NCBI RefSeq assembly: GCF_009914755.1
Contig: NC_060944.1
Strand: one strand, 5' to 3'
Origin: the human T2T-CHM13v2.0 reference genome, Homo sapiens
DNA length: 64,000 nucleotides
The notes beneath the pieces were generated by a model. The model was given only the letters and a program-made list of their open reading frames with translations, searched no databases and was not told where the DNA came from. Both the position numbers and the translations under genes were made by a program. Positions within the stretch are counted from its first letter, which is position 1; each line of letters begins with the position of its first letter. Positions 13,597-25,820 of this stretch are shown here, in pieces.

Positions 13597-13707
13597 CCGA
13601 GCTCTGGGGATTTTCCTGTGCCTGGGATGCCCTGCCCAGCTTGCCTCCCGCAGCCCAGGCCTCTCTGTAGACTATGCACACTGCACAGGTTTCTACCCTT
13701 CCGTATT

Positions 13708-14048
13708 CAATCTGCCCTCTGTATCTGTGGGTGGGTTCCACACCCATGGATTCAACCAACTGCTGATCAAAAATGTTTGAAAAAAAATGTGCGTCTGTAC
13801 TGAACATGCACAGACTGTTTTCCTTGTCACGATTCCCTAAGCAATACCGTATAACAACTATTTACATAGCAGTTACATTCTGTTAGGGGTTATAAGTAAT
13901 CTAGAGATGATTTAAAGTGCATGGGAGGATGTGCGTAGGTTATATGCAAATACTAGGCCATTTTGTATTAGGGACTTGAGCATCTGTGAATTTTGGTATT
14001 TGCAGGAGGTCCTGGAAGCAGTACCCTGTGGATGGCGAGGGATGACTG
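13708..14048 (-). mobile_element. MER2 (TcMar-Tigger) DNA transposon
   Basis: ggattcaaccaac...tctgtactgaacatg...taagtaatctagagatgatttaaag...gagggatgactg matches antisense MER2 end to end. Confidence 0.9.
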
Positions 14049-14199
14049 CATATACATTTTCCTCAAGTCCCCCTGCAGCCCTCTTCCCTGCCTTTAAGGA
14101 AATTCCATGTCTCCCAGGCAGTGTCCACACCTCTGCCTCACCACCACTCACCCCGGCCCTCCCACTGGGCTTCCCAGCCCTGCTCCCCAGAGCCTTTCC

Positions 14200-15390
14200 T
14201 GTGGAGCTCCCTGTGCTCCCCACAAGGACCCGCCCAGTCCCTCCTGGGTGTCTGCAGAGGGTGGCCCTGGGGCCTCTTTCCTCCTTGTCTCCTCTCCTTC
14301 CTCTCTCCACCTAGCCAGTCCTTCTCAGCAACTTTTGTCATCTCATCCTCCTGCAGGGGGCCTAAATGCGGGTGTCCCTCAGGTTCCGTGGAGTCTGCCT
14401 TCTCATTCGCTCTGTTCCCCCTCCTGGGGGTCTCAGCCACCCTTGGGCCACAGCCACACAGGGGACTCCTTAGCCACACCAGCCAACCGCTCTCCTGGCT
14501 TCAGACCTGCAGGTCCACATGGCTGTCCCACGGCACCTTCAACTCAGCCCAATAAATTCACCCCCAAACGTAGGCTCTTTGGGGGTCACCACCTCAGTGA
14601 CTGGTGACCCCGTCCCTCCAGGCCCATCCAGAACCCTGGGCAGCTCTCCCATCCCCTGTCCCTTCCTCTCCCTCTCGTCTCAAACCCAAGTCCTACTGAG
14701 TTGACTGCTAAATGGCTCTTGGCTCTGTTCCATTCCTTCTTCCTCTGCTGTCACCCTCCTAGCTCAGCTGACCGTCCTCTCTCACCCACATGATGGCTTC
14801 ACCCACCTCACAGACCACCCTGGCCCTGGGCAGCCCCTCCTCCCCATTCCCCATACCATGGACAGAGGGACCTTCTGGCCACATCACATCCCTGCTAACC
14901 TCACTGAGGTCTCCCACTGCATTTAAAGACACCCCCCGTGCCACAACGTGGCTGGAAAGGCCCTGCACTGTCTGCTCCTCCAGCCCCAACCCCTGCCTTC
15001 TTCCCTTGTCATCCTCACCCCAACGCTGCTTAAACCCCACTGAACTTCATTCAGTTTCTTCACTCTGCTGCTCCATCTTGCCTCCAGGATTTTGCACGTG
15101 CAGTTCCCCTGCCTGGGACTCTTCCCTGCTCTTTTCATCTGCCTGAGTCCTCATCATCACAGCAGCACACCCTCCTGGAAGTCTGTCCTGGGTTTCCTGC
15201 TCCTACCTGCTCCCATAACACCTGAGCTGCCCAAACACACAGATAAGCCCTGTGGTGTCACTGCTGGGTGCTTTCTCATTTCCATGAGCAAAGGACGGTG
15301 ACCCCCTGGCCCACTGCCCAGGACAGTGCTTGACACAGTGCGGTGGGAGGAGGTCTCAGCAAGTGTCTGCAGAGTGAATTAAAGAATTAT
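14200..15390 (+). mobile_element. L2 LINE, long degraded 3' fragment
   Basis: C/T-rich L2-like motifs (tttgcacgtgcagttcccctgcctggg, gacagtgcttgacacag) ending near gtgaattaaagaat. Confidence 0.65.
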
Positions 15391-16559
15391 TTTATCCTCT
15401 GGGCTCCTCAGCTGGATCACGAGCTCCTGGGGAAGTTACTGGGGGCAACACTCTCCGGGCTCCCCTCAACAGCTCACAGTTCGCAAACATTTGACTGAGT
15501 GACTGAGTCAGCTCAGGCCCTGCAGTCTCTGGCTGTTTCCTTCCAATCGTGGTGAAAGTCACCCTCGAAGGCAGCCCTGGGGAGGATAGAAGGCAGCGCC
15601 TTCCCGTCACTGAGCCCATGGCAATCAGAGCCCAATGTCACCAGCGACTCCTGTGAAATTAGCAGTGACTTCACGCGTTGAGGGCATGGGGCAAATGCCA
15701 CCACCTGTCGGTATTTCCATCGGGTCTACACCCAAGAAAGGGGGAGATGCTGCCTTTCTGAAGTAGGTTGTGCCTGAGGCGGCCTCAGCAGAGAGGAAAT
15801 GTGTAGGCGTCCACAGCCAGCCCAGCCTGCTCAGAATCGCACCCACACTGAAGTTCTGGAGTTGGTGGCAGTGATTCCTCCTCCAGCTTCCCAGAGCCTT
15901 GGAGTGCACTTAGGAGATCAGCGAGGCCTCTGTGCACTGATGGAAGCTGGCTTCCCCAGAAATCTGCTGGAGTGAGGGCCTGTCAGGGGCCCTCCTGGCC
16001 GACGTTGACCAGGACTGGCCCAGGGACCAGGTGGACACGAGGGCAATGATGTCACAGCTGCCCCGACGGTTGATGCCCCGTGGCTTGCCACGGCCGTGGC
16101 CTTGGAGACAGGGTCTCCGGCGCAGCGCCTCAGCTCCGCCCATACTCGCTCCGCCCTGGTGGGCTCCAGCCTTTCCCTTTCCCTGGGGCTCAGCCTCCCA
16201 ATCAGTCAAATGGGCAGATTAACACCCATGGCCTTGACTCCGTCAGAGACTGGGGGAAGAAATCGTGAGTCAGGGCAGCGAGGTCTGCGGGGAGCGTTGT
16301 GAAGGTGTGAAGTGCTGAGCTCCCAGGTCCCTGGCTGCCACCATGGGCTCGGAGCCGCGTGGTGAGTTCGCTTTCATTCCTTAAAAACAGGCAGCCGCTA
16401 AGTGGAGAAACTGGGACACCCTTTGCATCTTCTCAATCTTAGTTCAGTGCTGTTTCCAATAAACCACGGCTATCCTTTATCAGGGATAAAGTCCTTTGGA
16501 TCATCCAACTTCAGCTTGGACAGAGTTTCCTGATAAATAACAACAACAATCATAGTTGC

Positions 16560-16900
16560 CTGTGTTTCCCAGAAAACAAAGATGAGGCAAAAGCTTATGT
16601 GCTTTAGCACATAAAGTGCATTGTTGGAAGAGTGCATTCCCAGGCTGCAGGAGTGAGGAAAAAGGAGAAGGAGGCAGAAAAGGATGAAAAGAAAATACAA
16701 GGAAGCTTCTATCAAGCTGGGCACAGACTGGGGACAGCCTCACTGCACGGTCTTGCAGAACGTTCTCAGAGATGGGACAGGAGCTGCTGTAGGTTCAGTC
16801 TACCTGGGAAAGAGGGAGAGGGATTTGCTCACCAAATCCCATGTCCCATTCGTCAATGTCTGCCCCACGAGGTATTAATTTCCAGCACTCCCGGAGCTGC
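16560..16900 (-). mobile_element. LTR16-family (ERVL) LTR fragment
   Basis: cattcccaggctgcaggagtgagg...gatttgctcaccaaatcccatgtcccatt resembles antisense LTR16. Confidence 0.55.
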
Positions 16901-17599
16901 CTGAATGTGGGCCCCCAAGGGTCCCTTGGAGTTGAGATCTCAAAGGTAACAGGGAATCCCTGACATGTGCCAGGATGGTCCTCTGCCAGAATCCCCTCCC
17001 GCAACATTTCCCCTGGGTCTGGAGAAGCCTAAGGAAATAGAAGTGGGAGGGGCCAGCCCTCGAAGCCTCATTAACTAAGGCTTCAGCGTGGGACAGTTAC
17101 TATTTCATCTGATGGACTCCTATCTTAGGACTTCAAGTGCCCTTTCTTTTCTCTCCTCCTAGATAACTAGTACTCATGCTCCAAGGCCCAGCTCAGATGT
17201 GATTTCATTCCTGACTTTTCAAGGCGGAATTCTTTACATTTTCCCCTGGGGCCCCCACAACACTTGGCTTACCCCTCTTTATGGCATTGTGATGGACACT
17301 GCCATGATTTTGCGCATCAAGCTCCTGCCTTCTGTTAAAATGGCTGGGCTTTCCTTTGGGAACCCCCTCAGTTAATCAGATGTGAGTGGGACTGATTTCT
17401 CCACCACCCCTAGTCACCCCATCCAGAGAGTGGAGGTCATTGGCAGAGCTATTCCAGGACCAGGTCTGGAGACTCTTGGTCCACGTTACCATCCATCTCA
17501 TCTCAGGCTGTTGATTTGTCTATGGGTAGTTATCTCATAGTTGGTACAAGCAATACTGTTGCTTAGCTCACCTATCATCTGTTCTTAACCCTCTCTCCC

Positions 17600-17975
17600 T
17601 AGCTACCTTCCAGCTAGGCATTGCAGGAAACAGAGTCCTGGACAATGAAATATAAGTAGAAGTCTGCTGTGGGTTTCCTGAAACTGTTTTGCTTTCTTGA
17701 TTTAGTCACTGTCTTGCCCTCTCTTCCCCATCTTCCTGCAGTTGATGTGATGGGTATGATGGATGTGAAAGATGGAGCAGCAGCAGCCGGTTTGCAGCCT
17801 TGAGGGAAAGGCCAAGAGGCTTGTGGAAGTCTCGGTGATGCCATCTCCAAGATGCTGAACCACGACCAGCAATTTCCTACCCCAGATTTCTCAAGATTTG
17901 AGGAAAACAGTTATGTAATTAAGTTTCTATAGCTACGCTTTCTGTTCCTGGAAGCTGAAAGCATTCCTGATTAAT
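17600..17975 (+). mobile_element. Old MLT1 MaLR LTR
   Basis: aatgaaatataagtagaagtctgctg...gatggagcagcagcagcc...gctgaaagcattcctga. Confidence 0.65.
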
Positions 17976-18244
17976 GTGGTTAGTTTTCTGTTCAACTAGC
18001 AAACAGTACAGTGGTAATGACAGAGTCCTAGACTATCTGGGCTGAAAGGAACCTCAAACAGAGGTCAACCAGTGACCTGTCCTTTCATTTCACAGGGACG
18101 AAAAGGGACAGGAAAGGGGTCCTTTCTGGGGTGCTTGTCCAGGGTGCTTCAGGGAGAGAGGGGTGGAACCAGGACTGTTTTCTGCATTTCTCAGCAGCTC
18201 ACGGTTGCTTTCACCACACCTCACTGATGTGTGCTATCTTCCAG

Positions 18245-18500
18245 GCAATAATGACAAGAGCCACCATTTACTTATTAGGCCAGGTGCAGATTAAGTACTT
18301 TGCCTATATCAATTCATTACATTCTCACCAAACTCCTCCAAGGGAGACAGTCTTGTTATCATTTGCATTTATGAGGATGAAGCCAAGCACAGAGAGATCA
18401 AGTAACTTGTCCAAGTATCCAAATCCAGACATTGTAGTGATGATGACTCCAACCTCAGGAGTCTGGAGCCTGAGCTCCCACATGGAACCACTAGGCTGTA
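18245..18500 (-). mobile_element. MIR SINE
   Basis: atgaggatgaagccaagcacagagagatcaagtaacttgtccaag, antisense core. Confidence 0.7.
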
Positions 18501-19107
18501 CTGCCTGGGTGGGGTTTCAGAAATGCTGGTATAAGATTCCAGGCTGGTAGGAGCTTCTTAGGGTGAGACGAGTAGGGGCAAATCAGCAGGGCCACCTCTC
18601 TGGTAAAGTCCTTGGGGCACTGCTTCCGGGAAACACAATGTCAGTGGTGCCACTGGGCTGTCCAATGTGGTGGCCCCAGGGTTTTGTCCCTGCAAGTGTC
18701 ACACTGTGAGTTCCTCAGGAACTAGATGACAACATAAACAAATGAAGCCAGGTGACTATAGTGAGGGGTGTGGAATGAGGCCAATTGGGGAGCCCAAGCA
18801 CCTTCTAAAGGAGCATCGGCCCCTCAGCTTCAGCCTCTGTTACTGTGGGAAAATATGGGTCCACATTTTACAGTTTTATAGGTTTTCAATGACTGCCTCA
18901 AATCTGGACCTTTTTCTCTCTCTCTGCTTTAATTTAATTTAATATATCTCTCTTGGTTGTGCATCATTTAATTTTATTCTTAGGTAATTTTTTTATTGTT
19001 ATGTCATCCATATACCCTAAAATTCACCATTTTGAAGTATGTAGTTGAATGGTTCTTAGTATATTCACAAACTTGCATAGCCATCACCACTATCTCATTC
19101 TAGAACA

Positions 19108-19246
19108 TTTTATTTATTTTTATTTATTTAGAAGTGGAGCTTTGCTATGTTGCCCAGGCTGATCTGGAACTCCTGGGCTCAAAGGATTCTCCTACCTCAG
19201 CCTCCTGAGTAGCTGGGATTACAGGCACAGGCCACTGTACCTGGCT
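19108..19246 (-). mobile_element. FLAM (free left Alu monomer)
   Basis: Single monomer with (TTTA)n tail; TSD ttctagaa(c/t)atttt. Confidence 0.85.
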
Positions 19247-19293
19247 TCAATTCTAGAATATTTTAATCATCCCCAAAAGAAACCCCACATTCA

Positions 19294-19612
19294 CCGGGTA
19301 CAGTGGCTCATGCTTGTAATCTCAGCACTTTGGGAGGCCGAGGCGGGCCTATCACAAGGTCAGGAGTTCGAGACCAGCCTGGCCAACATGGTGAAACCGT
19401 GTCTCTACTAAAAATACAAAAATTAGCTGGGCATGGTGGCACACGCCTGTTGTCCCAGCTACTAGGGAGGCTGAGGCAGGAGAATGGTGTGAATGGGAGG
19501 CAGAGCTTGCAGTGAGCTGAGATCATGCCACTGCACTCCAGCCTGGTGACAGCGAGACTCTGCCTCAAAAAAAAAAAAAAAAAAGAAAGAAAGAAAAAAA
19601 GAAAAAAAAAAA
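19294..19612 (+). mobile_element. Alu (S/Y mosaic diagnostics)
   Basis: Full dimer, long A tail, TSD aaaagaa(a/c)ccccacattca. Confidence 0.95.
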
Positions 19613-20354
19613 GAACCCCCACATTCATTAGCAGCCATCTCCCATTCCTCTCCCCACCTCCCAGCCCCAGCAACCACTTACCTATTGTCTGTCTTTATGA
19701 ATTTGCCTGTTTTGGATGTATCACATAAATGAAATTGCTCACTATGTGGCCTTTTGTGACTGGTTTCTTTGACTTAGCATAATGTTTTCAAGGTTAATCT
19801 ATATTGTGGCATGCATCAGTACTATATTCCTTTTTATGGCTGTATAATGCCATTGAATGGGTATACCACATTTAAATCTGTTATCTATTACCTATCCATA
19901 TTTAAATATGTTATCTATCTGTTATGAGTTATTCATAAAATGATGGACATATGTGTTGTTGCCACTTATTGGTTATTATGAACAATTTGCTATAAACGTT
20001 TATATACAAGCTTTTGTGTAGACATATGTTTTCAATTCTTTTACGTATATGTCTGGGAATGGCATATGTTGCTAGATCATATGATATGTCTATATTTAAC
20101 ATTGGAGGAACTGCTAAACTGTTTTCCACAGTAACAGTACCATTTTACATGTTCATAAGCAATGCATGAGGGTTTAATTTTTCCACATTCTTTCCAATAC
20201 TTGTTAGTGTCCATCTTTTCTATTACAGCCATACTAGTACATGTGAAATGGATTTCATTGTTTTAACTTGCATTTCTCTAATGACTCACAATGTCGAGCA
20301 TCTTTTCTGTGCTTAGTCTCCATTTGTATGTCTTTTCAGAAATGTATTTTCAAG

Positions 20355-22031
20355 TCCTTTGCTGCTTTCAAGATTTTTTTTTTTACCTTTGTCTTCTGAC
20401 AGTTTGATTATGATGTGACTAGTGTGGATGTCTGAGTTTATTCTACTTGGAGGTCATCGAGCTTCCTGGCTGGTTTTTATCAAACTTGGGAATTTTTTTG
20501 GCTAGTATTTCTCAGTGATTCTTTCCTTCCCTTTCTGTCCCTCCTTTCCTCCTAGGACACCTATTATGTGTATGTTGTCACACTTGATGGTGTCCCACAG
20601 GTCTCTGAGCTCTGTTCACATCTCTTCATTCTTTTCTCTTTCTGTTCCTCAGACCGTATTATCTCAATAGACCCATCTTCAAGTTCATTGAGTCTTTCCA
20701 CTGCCTGCTCAAATATATTCTTGAGCCCCTTCTAGTCAATTTTTATTTCTATTATTGTACTTTTCAACTCCAAGACTTCTAACTAGTTCTTTTTTATATT
20801 TTAAGAATAATTTCTGTATTTTTATTGCTATTCTTAATAGCAAATATCATCTTCCTACACTCTTTAGTTTTTTAAACATGGTTTTCTTTAATTCTTTGAA
20901 CAAATTTAAAATGACTGACTTAAAGTCTTTGTCTAGTTAAGTCCTATGTACGGACGTCCTCAGGGACAGTTTCTATTGGCTGCTTTTGTTTCTTGTGTGT
21001 GGTATATACTTTCTTTTTTTATTGCATAGCTCATCATTTTTTTTGTTGAAAAATAGATTGTTTAGATAATATTTTTTGGCAACTCTTGAAATCTGGTTCT
21101 TTTCCTCCCCCAGAGTTTGTTGCTTTTTGTTTTTTGTTGTTCATGATGTTTGTTTAGTGGCTTTTCTGAACCAATTCTTTAAAGTCTATATTCCTTGTCA
21201 TGTATGGAAACAAGTCTCTGCATGATTGAAGAAAGACTTCCTTAAATGCCCGGAACTAATGTTTCCAGTCTCTGCCGAGGACCTCTATATCTCTTGGGGT
21301 ATATCTTCACTCTCAGGCAGTTGACAACTCTGGCAAAGCCTTCACTTCTTGCTTGAGCACAGCTTTAAGGCCAGCCAGAGGTGAGAGTTTAGGACCCTCT
21401 CGGTTCTTTCCTGAGCATGCACACAGCCCTGCACATGTATGTGCCCTTCTAGATTAAGAACATGGGAACTTTTCAGATCCCCCTGTGGGCATCTAACTCC
21501 CTGGATTTCACATTTATGCTTTCTGATTAGTCTATTGTTTGCCCCAACTATTACTACCACTGTAGGCAGCTGAAATGCTAAACAATTGCCTCTGATTGTT
21601 TTGGCAAATGTTGCTGGGGGAAAAGGCTGTTTATGCTCATTAAAAATCAAGTCCAGTAAAGATAGCCTTGAGACTGGGGTTTTTCAGGGAACCACCAAGC
21701 AGGGAATGGGGCTCAGAAGGAACTCCAACCCTGTTCTGATCCCTCTAGTAGTTGCCTGGCTGCTGGTTCTCACCAAAATTGTGGGCTATTGGTTTTTAAA
21801 AAGCTGGGACAAGGGAGGTGATAATTGGATTACTTTAAAATCCATAAATTTTGTTAATCTTAACAAGATTCAACCATTTTTGTTAAATAAACATCCCTGG
21901 GTTGCTGCAAGCCTCTGGTTAATTTCCTAGAGTTATAAAAAAAATGATTTGGACAATTTTGGCAGTTTGCTCACTGAATTGATGAAGGAGAAGATTTTCA
22001 GGTCCTTATTCTGCTATTCCCACTGATGTCC
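20355..22031 (-). mobile_element. L1M 5'UTR/ORF1 region
   Basis: gctgctttcaagatt...cagtttgattatgatgtg...atggtgtcccacaggtctctgag antisense ORF1 region, ending ggtccttattctgctattcccactgatgtcc (L1M 5'-end-like). Confidence 0.7.
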
Positions 22032-22539
22032 AGATCATTTACGTTAAATACAGTGTTGCATCTTATTTTTAAAAAATCAGAAAACTCTTGGGTGGGCCAA
22101 AGAAAACTTGTGCACCGGCCAGATATGCCCCAAGCACTGCCAGTTTGCAATCTGCGGCTTAAGAAACCATACTTTTTTTCTCATAAGCAATTGCTTTCTC
22201 TTCTCAGAATTGTAGGTTACTCAGATGCTACTCAGAGGGGCCTTAAAGATGTTCAGTTCTAAGCCCATCATTTTAGAGGAAAAAGAGGCCAGAGATGAGC
22301 AGGGTCTTAACCAATGGAACAGAGCTGATCTGCAATTTCTGAAGGTCTCCATAAAAGCTGTGCCTCCTGAAAAATGGATTCACAATCAGCAACAGGGAGT
22401 AGGAGTGACCTGCTTGCATCAAGAGGATTGCTTATTTTGATTGTGGTTAAAACTACAGTCTTGTAGTTTGTTTATTGGCATTTTTCCTTTAAAAGCACTC
22501 CAGGAGTCTACGGTGATCAGCAATAGAAAGATAATTAAA

Positions 22540-22923
22540 TTGTGATTTTCCCCATAATAGGCCAGTATAAAATAATGGAATGAACTAACCACAACTGCAC
22601 ACAAAGCATGGGTAACAAACATAATGCTGAGTGAGAAAACGAAACACAAAGGGTACAGACTGTGTGATTCCATTTGTACAGAGTCTAAAAATAGGCAATG
22701 CTAATTACTGAGGATGGAAATCAGGACAGTGATTATCCCTGCGGGGGCAGGGAGTGACAAGAAGAGAGAAGGGAAGATTCTGGGTGCTGATTCCGTTCTC
22801 CTTCTAGATTTGGATGCCCTTTCATGAATGTGTTCCATTTGGGAAAATTCAGTGAGTTTTACACTTATGAACTGTGCATTATTCTGCTTGTGTACTATAT
22901 TTACTAAACAGTTTACTTAAAAA
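22540..22923 (+). mobile_element. L1ME 3' end
   Basis: aaacataatgctgagtgagaaa...gactgtgtgattccattt...gaaaattcagtgagttttacacttatga. Confidence 0.75.
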
Positions 22924-24294
22924 TGGTCTCTCTCCTACGGGTTCCCACAAAGACTTTAAACTTACCTGATGTATGCCCCCAGCCCTAGGTGGACCTAACA
23001 CAGATTTCCTGCAAGTTGCTCTGGAAGAATCATCTCATTCCAGCCCCGTGATGTTGCTGTGTGGCTCCTGGGTTTGGAAGCACAAACACTTCACAGGAGT
23101 TCCTGGGTTTTGGTTTATTCACAAACACAGAGATATGCTCTGACTGTGTTCAGACTTAGGGATAGTAGATGGCCTGACAGCGTCATATTGATTAGTATAT
23201 ATGAAAGCAGTTGCATTTTACTTCTATTCCATGGCTGAAGTCTAGCCATGGGGTGTTCTTAGATCTGGGCTGGGAGAGGAGAGGTTACTTAGCAACCATT
23301 AGTTGATGGCATGTGGGTGGAGGCGTTGACTCTACTTATAGCAGATACAAGAAATATCATTAAGCTTCATGAAGCCAGAACAGAGGAACTGAACTGAATA
23401 GTAATTATGATTAAACAAAAGAATGCGTCCTAGCAAGTCCCATGTTGTCAGTTTACGCCAACATTGAGGCCTCTAGCTCAGATAATTTGGACCTGCTGCT
23501 GGGTAGACTAACGCTCTAGGGTAAGTTGCAGTGACTGCAGGCAAGACTCCATGGACCTGGCATGCTCCAGAATCACCAGCAGGAGGTGCTGCTGCAAACA
23601 CTCACCAGCCAGGCCAGGGCCCTGGTCCCTGTAGTTGCCATGGTGATGACCCAACAAAATGGAGTCAACAGGGAGAACTTGGCAGCCACTCTGATCTTGG
23701 TGATGTGCTTGAAGGGCTCTGCCCTGCCCTCTTCAAGGTCAAGCCTAAACAGTGAGGCAAACATATTGAAGCATTTGCTCTGCTTCCTCATTGGTCAAGT
23801 TGTTTCTCTGGTCAACAGTAGTCCAGGAGCTTCCTCCATAGACCACGGGTGCCCCATCCTGCAACAAGAAGCCAAGCATCCTCCCTGGAAGTGATCAGGC
23901 CCCAGCTGGGTTCATGGAACCTTCAGCTCACAAATTGCATCTAAGCTGTTCTTCCCACCAGCTTGGCTGAGGTTTGAAAACCATATTCCTTTTATTCCTT
24001 TAATTCTCTGTATTTTGCCTCTTTTAATATTTCTCTTACATATGCATATAAATATATAATTAAATATCCTTTCTAGGTATACCAAAATGGTCAGTTTAAG
24101 CTGGAAAATACATACTCAGATGCACACACACACACCCATTTTCCACTGGTCAAGTGGCTTTTGTCATGTCATTGAGTTTGAAGAAACCTTACCAAGCTTT
24201 TAGCCTGATCTTCAACCCATGACAGAAATTCCTTTTTCAGCATCCCTGGAGCCTTCTCAGCCTCTCTTTCCTTGAACACCCCAGGGGTGAGTAC

Positions 24295-25110
<816 letters not shown>

Positions 25111-25334
25111 CATCTTAAGATTGCTAAATGTTTTCATGATGAAGTATTTCTTTTATCTCAGCCACTTTTGATGATCCAGACTGAGAAACTAATTGACTCT
25201 TCCTCCAGTTCATCTTCCCACACTCCTGAGTTCACCAAACACCCTTAAGTCCTAGAGGTGGGGGCTGCAGGACTCACAGAGGAAATGGATGCAGAGAGCT
25301 GGCCTCCAGGCCCTTCATGGTAATAGAGGAGTAA

Positions 25335-25820
25335 AAATGCACACATGTGTGTGACCACATAGACAAACACACCCCAGTACATGCAAACACCCCAGCACAC
25401 CTGCCCACATCTCAATACACATGCCCACATGCACACACATGCACACATACGTGGGCATACACAAATACCCCAGTATACATGCATACATCCAAGTACACCT
25501 GCCCATGTGCACACACCCCCCAACATACCCTCCCATGTGCACACATACCCCAACACACCTGCCCATGGGCACACACACCCTAACACACCTGCCCATGTGC
25601 ACACACACCCCAACACACCTGCCCATGTGCATACATACACCCCAGTACACCCATACCCTGGCATATACCCCAGTCCATAATTGCCCATGTACACACACAC
25701 TCCAGCACATCTGTCCATGTGCATATACATATCGGCACATGTACACTTATGCACACACCATGGCACACACACCACCAGAACATATGCGTATGTGTACACA
25801 CACCCCATCACACATGCAAA
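25335..25820. repeat. CA-rich degenerate minisatellite, about 30-bp period
   Basis: Unit acacctgcccatgtgcacacacaccccaac recurs at 30-bp spacing (about 25495-25640); 10-aa periodic ORFs. Confidence 0.9.

Larger units (their letters stand above)
18990..20350 (-). mobile_element. L1MB 3' end, interrupted by a FLAM and an Alu
   Basis: aaattcaccattttgaagt...ccatcaccactatct...ccttttgtgactggtttctttgacttagcataatgttttcaagg, antisense L1M 3'UTR/ORF2 end. Confidence 0.85.

Noticed and set aside
12940-13803. 287-aa plus-strand ORF
   Set aside because: It runs through a MIR and into MER2, and its composition fits a chance ORF in GC-rich DNA.
23562-23894. RhoGAP-like words (NLA, LKHLL) in the 110-aa ORF
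   Set aside because: The motifs occur in the wrong order for a RhoGAP domain, so no gene call was made.
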